This document shows, piece after piece, positions 52,481-64,000 of a stretch of DNA of 64,000 bases (positions are counted from its first letter, which is position 1; each line of letters begins with the position of its first letter). The translations under genes and the position numbers were made by a program. The stretch comes from Lama glama (lineage: Eukaryota): positions 87,236,001-87,300,000 of the forward strand of contig CM052817.1 in assembly GCA_028534125.1 (NCBI GenBank), in the 5' to 3' direction. The notes under the pieces were generated by a model. That model was not told the origin of the DNA. It did no database searches and saw only the letters and a program-made list of their open reading frames with translations.

Positions 52481-53869
52481 AAAAGAAAATTAGTGGGTTG
52501 TCAGACTCAGGTGTGTCGCAAGTCTAGGCTGCTCCTCTTGAATACTGGACTGCCTGTGTATTTTGCTTAAAATAATGGCTAGGGTTGGTTGTTGATTGTA
52601 TATGTGCTTATGAAATAGTTCATGACAAGCAGTCAATGACACAATAGCTATTTTTTTCTTCATTGCATCTGTACTTATTTATCTCTCTCGAGAATAATGT
52701 AATGATTATGTTAACATATAGAAATTATCTTAAAGTATATCTCTGAAAAAAATTCCATCCATACATTTTTAAATGCTTTCTCTTGTGACATTCTAATGAG
52801 GAAAATATAGACATTTAAAACAAATATCCAGTAGAAGCCTCGCAATATTACAATTGAACACTAAAAAAGAAAAGTGCGTAGTGATCGAACAAAACAGGTT
52901 TTTAGTTTTGAATGTTATACTGCTCTTTGTAAAATAGCAGCAAAATCCTAGGAGGTAATTACAATTTCCACATAAACTTACTGCCATAAGTGAGCCCAGA
53001 CCCCTGCTTAATCCTTTGACGATAAAGACACCACTCCTACATATAAATACCCCATGTCTACCTGCAGGTGACAATGACATTTTATGAACTGGTGGTAACG
53101 TATCAACCTTAAGGAAAATCTATTTAGTTCAATAAAATCTGCATCTTACTTTTTTTTTTGGTTAACTCGTTTTTATAGCAGTTTGATCACCTTTAAGATT
53201 AAGTAGCACTTAAAAACTAAACAGTCACTCTTGTTGAGATGTTTTTGTCATACATGTATCAAGTAATATATTTTCATGGTGTATTCTTGAAAGCAGGTTC
53301 TTGTCTGTTTGTCTAACAACAACGTATAAGTTCTAAAAAAATTCACTTGGACCATAAAGCTTTTGACATTAAAAAATTTTAAAAAATAAGGCTTTTGAGC
53401 ATTTTTTTTCTAGAAATGTCACGTGATAGAATTTATGTGAGAGTGTACAGTCACAACAAAAGGCTATTAGGAAGAATGAGAAAAGATGGTGAAGAGTGAA
53501 GGACAGGTCAAGAAGGCTGCTGAGGCAACTGAAGTATCAGGTAGAGAGGCAACACCTGAAGCCAACACAGCAAGTCTTCTGGGCCAGCAGGTCCCAAACC
53601 CAGAATCCTAATCTTCTCAATTTAACAGAGATTGCTTTCCTTTTCATCTAGAATCCTAATCTTCATTGTTGGCATGCAAATAAACCTGTGCTGCATTATT
53701 TAAAAAAATATGCTACAAACTCTAACATCATTTCTAATTGTCCACGATCAGATGTCTGCGCTGCGTATACACCAGAATTGTACGTATGACAAAGAACACA
53801 TTTAAAACTTCACTTTGCGTAGCTGTAAAGTGGCAGCGTGGTTGTGAAGAAGACAGTACTGGCTATCAC

Positions 53870-54090
53870 TCAGAAAGAACTGACTACGGGTTAAGCAGTG
53901 TTCTAAGTTCATTACATACATTACTTCACTGCATCACCACCGTAACTCCAGACACAGATATTTATTACCATCTCTATTTTCAGATGAAGGAATGAAGACC
54001 TCAGAGGTGGAGATGCTGGCCCAAAGTCACACAGCTGAAAAACAGAGCTAATGAACATAAAATGAGGGGAACAGGTCCTGGCACATAGCA
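53870..54090 (-). mobile_element. MIR SINE
   Basis: attttcagatgaaggaatgaagacctcagaggtgg...gcccaaagtcacacagct. Confidence 0.75.
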
Positions 54091-54445
54091 GGTTCAATGC
54101 AATCACTGGCTCTCATCTCCCAGGAAGACATACAGAGGGTTTCTGTCTCCTAAAACAGGTGGTCTTGCCCTGGATGGGGGTCCTGTATGGAGGCTATGCT
54201 GAGTCTGCAGCATTGGCTAAATACAGATACTATTTTTTATATATATATAATTTGTAGGATCACTATGCTTTGATTTGCAGACATGAGTTCTGTCTAAATT
54301 GGCAGAATGATGTGAGCAATAAATTATCTAAAATTAAAAAATAGTTAAGAGAAATATACATTCAAATGCCAACAATTTTATTGTCCTTTTTGTGAAAAAT
54401 TTGATATGCATTTTGAATTCTTGGTCTAAAAGTCAGAGTAGGCAC

Positions 54446-55013
54446 TATAGGGGAGAAGAAAATATTTTTCCTGTTTTCTCTTAGGTTTACTGATTGGGAT
54501 CCTATAAATTAGGCTGGCAAAAGGTAGATTAATAGGAGAAAAACAAACAAAAGTTCATTAGTATGTTCATTTCATGTACCCATGGGAGTGTTCAGTGATG
54601 AGTAACTCAAAGCAGTGGTGAGAACTTGGGCTTTTACAGCATTTCTACAAAAGAACAATATATTTTGTATAAAAGTCAGAAGACAGAGGACAAGGACTTT
54701 CCAGAGGCAGCAAATTGCAGGAGGGTAAACATATTGGTAAAACTAATGAAAGGTAAGTGTTAGTTAGTAAGGTTTCTTAAATAGATTTCTCTGTTGTCCT
54801 CTTTGAGCTGATAAATGTCTAGAGTTGTCTCCAATGATTAACTTCTGTCCCAGTAAAGAAATAATTTACTATTACAAAATTTTATCCCGATTTTAGGTAA
54901 AAAAGGGAAAGGCAAAGAGCTTTTCTTGTATCTATTTCTCAGTTGTCTTTAGCTCAAAATAATCAATATGCCAAAGTGACATATTTTGGAGTGACATATT
55001 CTGATATCATTCA
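54446..55013 (-). mobile_element. ERV1 solo LTR (MER34/MER39-like)
   Basis: tataggggagaagaaaat...gattaataggagaaaaa...ctttagctcaaaataatcaatatgccaaagtgacatattttggagtgacatattctgatatcattca. Confidence 0.8.
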
Positions 55014-55799
55014 GTATTTTCTGTTTTATTTTGGTAATAAATAAATTGGTAAGAAAATTGAGATCTTTATTTAAAGAGATATGGGAAACATCAGAAAACT
55101 GAATTTAAATCAAAGCCTTATGACTGTGTTTCAGCAGTAAGGTATACATGCTTACTCTGTAAGCTATTTGTGACATCACTAATATATGTTCCTTCATCTA
55201 TCCTGTTCGATAGAGTATTTAAGGAAATTAGATTACTTTTCTGCACTATTCATTTATTTTAGCTTTCTCAAATGATTAATAGGCATTCCATCAATTAAGA
55301 AAAAAATTACTTGTATAAAAATGTTCAAAATATTTCCAGAATAAAGTGACTACAATGATTACTTATTCCAGGAATATATGCAGGCATACACCCTTATATA
55401 TTCACAGTCTTAACTTCCTTTTCTACTGTCATTAACTTTCTACTTCTGATAATAATTTTGTTAGTAATTTTTTTTTCATATGTAAGTTTTTAACATCAGG
55501 TAGAGCATGTCTTAGAACTTGAATTTCCCTTTGTTCTTTATTAGTAAGAGGAGATGATAGGCAAATCTCTACAAAATACAGCATTGTTTGTTACTTTAGC
55601 TACCAAAAAAGTAATAATATTTTCAACTCTTTAAACATTTTTGAAAACTAATTTTACTGTCTTTCACCTTTAGAATACTCATAGCTAGCATTCAGAGCCT
55701 ACTATGTGCTGGGTATGGTGGAAAATACATAATCAGTTTTATATAATTTATTTTAAATATCATAACTCTATGAGGAGGTAGGTTTATTTCTTAAAGTTG

Positions 55800-56133
55800 T
55801 TAATCTTTTTTCCCTATGATTTTGACTATTTTGTTTTAATTATCTTTGTAAATTACTCCATTCAAAGGTATTATAAAATATTGGCTATATTCCCTGTGCA
55901 ACATATTCTTGTAGCTTATTTATTTCGTACATTGTAGTTTTTACCTCTTAGTTCCCTGCCCCTATCTTGTTCCTTCCCCTTCCGTCTCCCCACTGGTAAC
56001 CACTAGTTCATTCTCTGTATCTATGAGTCTGCTTCTGTTTTGTTATATTCATTCCTTTGTTCTATTTTTTAGAGTCCACATATAAGTGATAACATACAGT
56101 ATTTGTCTTTCCTTTTCTGACTTATTTCACTAT
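55800..56133 (-). mobile_element. L1 3' region (laurasiatherian type)
   Basis: aatattggctatattccctgtgc, cccactggtaaccactagttcattctctgtatctatgagtctg, tccacatataagtgataacatacagtatttgtcttt. Confidence 0.9.
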
Positions 56134-58533
56134 TAAAGTTATTCGTCTTATTGAATGCACTTATTAATCAGATTGATTAATCAAGCTATTCAAATTAATG
56201 TATAGGTCTGTAATCCATTTCCTCCATGCCTGTGAAACTAAAATTCTCTTTCTTAATACACTAATGATGTCCTTAAGGCTTCCCTGTAAATTTATTAGCT
56301 TAAAAATAGCAAAGTCCCATTTTTATGTGGATATACTTGTAAATCAACCTGGAATTTATAGATTTATGGCACATGGCTGGCTGGAGAATGGGCTTAATCA
56401 CCTAAGCACTTTTCCTGTCTGAGTGCTTAAGGGAGTCAAAACAGAGAAGTTAAACAGCTTTAAAAGCTCTTTGTTGATCAATGTTCCCACACACATTACT
56501 CCACAAAACCAAAGGCACTATAATGTGGAAAAGGACAGGCATTTTTTGAGCGCAGAATTTGCTACGTCTCTGAGTCCTTGAAGAAAAAATGTTTCTCTGT
56601 TCCAGAGCTGTGGTATCATTTGAATCCATGATAAAGTTTGGTGCTGGGTAAGATCACACGGGTCTACTGTGAAAAATCAGCATTACACATTTGTACTAAC
56701 ACAATGGAATATACTGTTTTTTTCTTGTGGTGTTCCCCAACAGAAAGAAATACAGCCAACTAGACACTTACATATGGATCAGAAGGTGTTCACTCAGCTC
56801 TGTCTATTCAAATATCATCTATGTTTATGTATGTTAATTTATTTGTATTCTCCACAAGAAGTAAGATGATTAGACACATGTGATTTATTTGGTGACTGTT
56901 TATCAACGAAGCCAAATTCATCCATTTATATCAGGACCCAGAGGGCTGAAGCTTATCTCTTTGCTACCATTTTATCCTCAGAATTTAATACAGATCTTTA
57001 CTAAGTCCACATTCAACAAATGTATTGGCTGAAACACTGCAAATTCACAAAATTATTTAAATTTGAAATTAGATAATTTAATAAAAGTCATGTTCTTTAG
57101 TATTTCTCTTTCAAAACTATTTTAAAAAGCAAAAAAAGGTTAGTATCATATGCATTAGTTATTAGATCTAGGATAGAATGATCCCACCATATAAGGGCTT
57201 TTAAGAAATACAGAAAAATATATACTGATATGAGAATTTGACTATGAATATTAACTGTATTAAATATATTAAATACAGAAAAATACTTCTTAAAGTATCA
57301 ACTGACTATCTTTAAGCTTAATATCAAGTATGTTAAAAATGGTAAAAGTTCAGTAATCTGATTAAGAAGACATTACAACTGAAACTGTTTCATAGAATAA
57401 ATGAAATACACTGTTTTTTTAAGGAAAATATTAACACTTGCAAAAGTTTAATAATCAGTCAATGAATATTTATTAGAATCACTGATTAAGAAGAGCATAA
57501 TTCACGATTTTCCATTTTAAATGTCACAATTTGTTTCTTGCATTTTTCCCTCTTAAATTCTATGTATTTTGTTTCAAATCTGTGAACTTTAGAGACCACC
57601 TCTCTTTTGCTAGAATAACATCTTCTAATATTTACTTGTAACTATTTCTCTTCTTATGTATAAACTTTAGATGTTAAATTCAAATTTTATTTAAAATTCA
57701 CCCACGGCCTCCGTGGAGGAACAGAATATCTATCTAGACTCATTTAAGTGAAAGAAGTTCTACTTGTATCTTGTCTCTTTGCTGACATCCCCTATTCATT
57801 ACAGAATCGCTGACACTGGCCACATTCCAATATGTGAATGGCTGGAAGACATTTTCCTTTCCTAAATTGTTTTTTGTCTTTCCTCCCTATGTGCCCAGCA
57901 AATGGAGTGTCATGGATCAATTTATAGTAGTTATGCTCTGTCCAGCGAGGACACAATTTGCTGACATTCTCCATTTTTTCCCCATATGAACATGAATCTC
58001 TTCTAGACACAGCAAAGACATTGATTTTTCATGTCACCTCTACTAGTCCAGCTCTATTCTGGGCAACAGTTTCCTAATGGGCAGATCCTTTCCAATGTGG
58101 TGAGAAAAGTCACCTCTCTGCCACATCCAGTCACCTCACGTACATTAAGAAACGCTTCAAAAAGTCAAGGACATGTTTTCTGTCATAGACGCTCCCCCCA
58201 AAACTGTGACTCAGTGAAATAAAAAAGTAAAATAGAAACAGTTGTTATAATGAGTACAGGAAATGGTATGCTAACGAAGCTAAAGGTCTTTCCAACAGAA
58301 CTTTCAAAGCCTGTGATACACTAACATAAACCTGTCCATCCTAGCATAAGATAGAGGATCGAACTGATTTGAGATCGGATTTCTTTTTTTCCCCAAACTT
58401 TTTCAGTACAAATATTCCTTGAACACACTTACGCCATACCCTGGCTTGATACCCAGTATCTATGATAACACACTTCTAGCTAAGAGCCTTTCTCCTATCT
58501 ATTCTGATTTTTTTTCTTTTTTTTTTTTTTAGG

Positions 58534-59424
58534 TGAAGGATAGAAAAATACACTACCCCAAAATATGCTGCTTTGGAGCTGTAGGCACTTGAAAAGCAAC
58601 AAAAGCAGAGAGAAGCTTTCTCTTGTTAAAGTGATTAAACGCGGAGACCGTCAGGCTGAGGGCTCTAAAGACCTGGCAGCCTGGAGGAGCAAACAGGAGC
58701 CTCAGACAGAGTGAATTCCTATAAACGCCTCAAGATTAAGAAATCATACCTAGAAACAAGCAATCACAAGCAGACAACCAGTCCTCCCCACATGAGGCAA
58801 TCACCTAAGCTATAGCCAGCTGAATTACCTTTACGCGCTTTTGCTTCCCATCCGCTCTGCAAAAGTCTTTCCTGGGCGCCTCCTCACTTTCAGTGTGGTG
58901 TTGCCCTATTGGAATCAGATCTCTGCTAAAATAAACTCTTGAAAATTTAAGTGTGCCTCAGTTTGCTGTTTAATACTCCGAGCTCCCTTTAATTTGCCTA
59001 AAGACAGTCAGAGCCTCCAAAAGGAATTCAGTTGTCAAAAACCTCCCCTCCAGCGGTTCCATCCACCAGGGAAGACTGACTCATCACAAGAGAGGGGACT
59101 GGAATTGGGCCCACATCCAGACAGACTGTCACAATCACACCTCCTGTCACGCTCCTAAGGGTCCATTTTGTCCTTCCTAAAAGTCATTTTCTCTCTCCTA
59201 AGAGGACCACATGCCCCTTCCCCCTTCCCTGTGAAGATGGTATTTGTTCAAGAATTCCAAGCCACCTCAAGGAGTTACTCATTTTCCCCTGAGTATCTCC
59301 CATGTACCTATAAGGTACTGAGGTTAATAATCTTCTGTTCGTTTCTCTCTTGTTAATTTATCTTACAGGCTCTCAGTTAAGAACTCAGAAAGGTAGCAAG
59401 GGAAATCATTTTTTCTTTCCTGTG
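58534..59424 (+). mobile_element. ERV1 solo LTR (MER34/MER39-like) hosting a second LTR
   Basis: Starts tgaaggatagaaaaatacactaccccaaaatatgc and ends ttttttctttcctgtg; perfect 4-bp TSD tagg at 58530-58533 and 59425-59428. Confidence 0.8.
58624..58975 (+). mobile_element. Younger ERV1-type solo LTR nested in the MER34-like LTR
   Basis: tgttaaagtgattaaacgcggagacc...aataaactcttgaaaatttaagtgtgcctcagtttgctgtttaata; TSD ctct/ctcc; the host LTR resumes seamlessly afterwards. Confidence 0.75.
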
Positions 59425-62400
59425 TAGGCTTTACAAAGTGGTTTATAATGAGACTCACATATCACAGCACATGAATTTTATTTTTTCTGATTCTTTTTGT
59501 TGTACGTTGCTCAGTGACTCTGCCTCATCACCCCCACTTAATGAAGGCAGTTTTTACATGTCAGCCTGTCTAGACTGTCTGGCACTCTTGTAGACGGTCA
59601 TTGATCCTCTTTTCAGTTGTGACTCATGAGCACTGGCTATGATGTCTGAGACCTCCATTCTCTACTGACGTATCAACTGTTTTCTTTCAAGTTTTATCAT
59701 TGGGAATCATTTACATATCTTAAAAAACTCATTTTTGCCCACTTAATACAAACTATTTTATCAACAGAATCATTAAATGTGGTATTTTTGGCTTAAGAAA
59801 AAAATCAAAATATTCATTTATATGTGTTTGAGTATGATAGAAATTTAAATGAATTTTTCTCCAGCCATCTGAACTTTTATATGGTTTCAAATTTTGAAAT
59901 GAACTAGTTTAAATTTCAATGTAACTTTTATGTCATGGCTTTATCTGATATTACATTTTGGCCACAAAGGATTTTGAAATCATTTGCACAACATTTTTAG
60001 TGGTTCAACTGTTTCATTCCTAAAATTATTTATTTTCCTTATGGTGCCTAATAACATTTTATTATGTTCTTTTGTGCCTTTTTATAACATATTCTGAAAC
60101 ATAATCTTTTTGTTGTCATTCACTTTGTTGATGTCAATATTGAACAATAATAAAAATGTAATGACCTGTTTTAATAAGCCTATTATAAGCATTCAGGTAT
60201 CATGATCTCTATTATGATCTGATATTCATAAGTGGGACTAGACAGTTTATGAAGAGTAAATAACTGAGTAGTACTATGTTTGTAACCTCAGAGATAAAAT
60301 AAATGGTTGTGCATGAGAAATAAGAAAGTGAACACACAACACACTGGTGGTCACTGCTGCTTTTTAGCTTCTGAGGAATGACTGCAAGTCCATTAGGTTC
60401 TATAAAGCACTGAATTTCATGAGCAGTTAGTGCTAATGGCTTTGTACTATAAGACATCCCTGGGTGTTTGCAGTAATGGCAATAAAGTTTAGGTGATATC
60501 AAGGCTACAGTTGATAAATCTGACTGACGTCTGTGAAGAATACAGTGCAAGAGTAATTGTAAGGTAATTACGGATAATTCTACATAAGAAGTTATAGCAA
60601 GAACAAATTTATGGATTGAACCACAAAATGCATTTAGAATGAGAATGCAAATGTCAACTATTAACGATTACTATGTAACTCTGAAGGAGGTGGTGAGAAG
60701 GATCTGAATGACACAGGCCATGAGGCGTATGCATACGCACAACAGCAAAATCACGCTAAACAAATTCTTGAAATGACAAGTGCATCATTTTAAAATACAT
60801 GATGTATTATCAGTAAGCATTCCTACTTCTAGGAAATTAGTTAGAACCCAGAAAGTAACCTTGTTCTGCTCCTGTATCTTTCTTTTAGATAGAAAATGAC
60901 AGTGAGGGCATGTATGGTGGAACCAAATGAAGGTTTACTTTCAATTAAAGTGTTAGGATATGAAATAGTATATCATCCTTTCAGCAGAGAAGGAAATATT
61001 ACACAGCTACCTTCATGTCCAGGGTATTGAGTGCCTTTCAGGTCTCCTGTCTCTTCAGTACAACCTCTTTTTACTGTACTGATGTAAATACAGTACTTTA
61101 CTGTAAATACTTTACTTTTATTAAAGTATAATGTCCTTTGCCTTAATACTTTTTTGAACTAAACATCTATTTGTTCAGGTATTAGCACAGCCAACCCAGC
61201 TCTATTCTGGTTACTTCTTGTCCTTTTCCATCTTTTTACTTTCAATCTCTTTTTAACTATGTAAGATTATTTGTGGTTATTGTAATATACTATTCATTTT
61301 TTTCGATTTTTTTCCACATACTAGATGCATTGTGTTTTAAGTCACCATAATTTCTAATTCAGAAGACTGGGCATTAAGAATTTTTCATTTCTTAATATAG
61401 AAATACTTACATTTTTACTTTAGTCAAAAATCCAAGGCATTCCAACTATAAAATACATTATGCAAAAATACTTTATTTAAATTGAAGTTAGCTATATATG
61501 AATTATGAAACTCTACTTTTAGAACTAATTCATATAAGAGATTGAGACTAACAGTATTCTAACAGGCTAAAAGCCCTGAAAATTGATATTTGTCGGCATA
61601 TGATTTCTTTCTGTGCTTAAATTTTACATCTTGAAAATGATTATTAAAGGCATTATTTTAATATTTCAGGATAAAATATTGTAGTTAACTAGTTTCACAA
61701 ACTTTTGTGTTAGGGCTGAATTTTAATACATTGGTCTTTAAGGAAATAAAAAAGAAGACCATTTTCCTTTCTCTTAAGTGACTTTTGGTTTGGTCTTACT
61801 TGTCATCGCTAACAACTCTTCTGAAACCTAGTCTTATTCATTTTTCTTTTCACCAGTGGCTGATTTACATCCATTATTGACACTGTGTTACTGAGAAACA
61901 TGAAACAAACAAAAAAAAGTAAAAAAAAATATGATTCAGATAATTATAGTGATGATATAGTGATGGTACTAAACATTTTAAAGTTATGTGGGAAATACTA
62001 AAATACTATTACACCACAACGATGCATGTTCATTTTCTCCTTAATATTCTTCTTCCTTTTTAATAACACCAAGTACATTATAGGAAATCTTCCTAAATTT
62101 ACTTACAGTGAAGAACAACCATAGGTCATGGGACTAGAGCTCTCTTTCTGAAGGCTGCTAAAAAGGTCTTTCTTTAATGGCAAACAGCTTTTACTAACTT
62201 CCTGGGATTCCAGAAATGCTAATCAGCAGTTCTAGTCTGCAGCACATTTATTACACCCTGACATGCTGAAGACAGCCAGTTACAAATAGAACTGCCTCTT
62301 GAAAAATGCTGCTCCAGTGTTTTACAATAAAGTGAACCAATTAGATGCATTCATTAGGACAAACTGCTTGTCTTTTCTCATATTAGAGCTTTTAAAACAG

Positions 62401-63934
62401 CACAATGTATTTCATCGTTCACCCTGTTCTGTATTATTATTAATTGAACATAGCACATTACAAAATTTTAATCCAATAACTGTAAATACATAATGAATAA
62501 TATTTCCTTGGAGACTGTCAGGCCTGCAAGAGCCCACTTGGTTTCATACTCTAAGATAAATAATACAGAAATCTTTTTTCTTTTCCAAAAGGGTTTCCAG
62601 ATATTTCGAGGGACACCATTGCAATGAATAACAACGCTGATTTATAATTTAAAGTTGTCCTTTCATTAAAAAATATTAGAGTCCTCTCCTAAATTAACTA
62701 TATTTATAATAAAATATTATAGTATAAAATATATATTTTATATTAAAATAAAATATATTTTATTAGGAATAAAGATTCATAACCTTACATATAATACTCT
62801 TAATTTTATTTATCACCTTATCTACTTTACTTCCACATAGAAGGTAATATTTTTAAAATAACGTTTTGAGGGCTTGTATTCCAAAAGGGAAAATGGAATC
62901 AAATGTTCAGTGTGGACGAGAATCCCTGTCAGCGTGGGGAGGGAACAGGATTATCATATAACGCTGTGAACAGAGCACAGCAAGACTGATCGGGCTGCCG
63001 CCTCTGCTGGCAGGAGCATGATTCCTGTGTCCTCCTTATACATAAACACGTGCACTAGCAGGCAGTGCTCACTCCTCTCTACAGTGAACACACTTTGCAT
63101 GAGGCCCCCCGACCTGTGTTACAACCACGTAGCCATCATCTGTGCATGCACAAGCCTTAAAGACGACTCTCTCTACTCTTGGCCTACTCACTCTACTCAC
63201 AATTCATACAGTTTATGTTCTTATTCATTACTGGGAAAGGAGAACATGCAGCTCCTGTGAAGTTTTTGGGCTGATTTCACACTGGATGAAGAAAATGAAG
63301 AGAAAGCATGGTAATTAACAGAAAAAGAGTGATACTCTTACATGTTCTCCAGAACACACCATCTACGTGTTCTGAGTGTGTCTGGTTTTTTAAAAATATT
63401 ATAATTGGTTTTATTTCTCTCAAAAGTAACTTTCTTAGTTGCTGCCATTTGTTAATGCAGTACATTTAACAAGTCCCGTTGGCTCCTTCTATTATTATAA
63501 AAGAATGTATTTACAGCCACAGGTCTGCTCTAACATTCTGATTATAAACAATAGTAAGAAATATATTTGGCATAAAAATGTAAAAAAAAATATAAGTAAT
63601 ATCAAGGGTTGGTATTAAAGACATTTTATCATTATTGACGATGGGATATAATGGATGCATCGAAACATGCGTGTGAGGGCCAAAAATAAACATTCGGTAG
63701 GGCCACACTGGCTATTACTGGCTAGACAGTAACAAGCGCATATATAAAAGAAGTAGAAGTTTCATGAACCATACTTATACTTAATATTTGAAATATACCA
63801 TTTTCTCCACGTTCTCCTATTTTAGTCTAATTTATTTCATGTTGAAATGTTGGGCACAAACCACTACATTAATTTCATGTTCCGCTGAGTCTAGATCTGC
63901 CATGTGGCAAGCATTGCATTAGATAAAACAACCA

Positions 63935-64000
63935 TAACTGTATAGCAGAGGGAGCTATTCAATATCTTGTAATAATCTAAATTGAAAAATGTGAAAAAAA
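63935..64000 (+). mobile_element. L1 3' end fragment, running off the window
   Basis: actgtatagcagagggagctattcaatatcttgtaataatcta. Confidence 0.8.

Noticed and set aside
1316..63708. ORF-track peptides (60-160 aa) as protein-coding genes
   Set aside because: None resembles a protein family I recognise. The longest (43367-43849, 29272-29724, 37973-38359) lie in L2, MITE, MLT1 or AT-rich DNA, and many start at non-ATG codons.

Overview
This is AT-rich mammalian non-coding DNA, either intergenic or a large intron. It is most likely camelid, judging from two vic-1-like tRNA-derived SINEs and several young L1 3' ends of the camelid/cetartiodactyl type. I can support no protein-coding gene, tRNA, rRNA or CRISPR array; the ORF-track peptides are chance ORFs in repeats or AT-rich DNA. 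A large share of the window is interspersed repeat: L2, MIR, old and young L1, MaLR (MLT1), ERVL LTRs (MLT2, LTR33-like), six ERV1-type solo LTRs (one nested in another), and DNA transposons (MER58-like hAT, Tigger3-like, a Kanga/MER104-like Tc2 element, and an unassigned palindromic MITE). Family names come from recalled consensus motifs, not a database search. The observations most worth checking are: a CpG-rich ancient LTR33 (~41.46-42.1 kb) that may be an exapted promoter; a Tc2-type transposon with an unexplained interior and faint SCAN-like traces; an old inverted duplication that copies an MLT1/L1 junction; a ~205-bp fold-back MITE; an 89-bp dispersed duplication; an AP-1/TALE motif cluster; and several candidate minus-strand exons. 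I did not find a convincing novel biological system.
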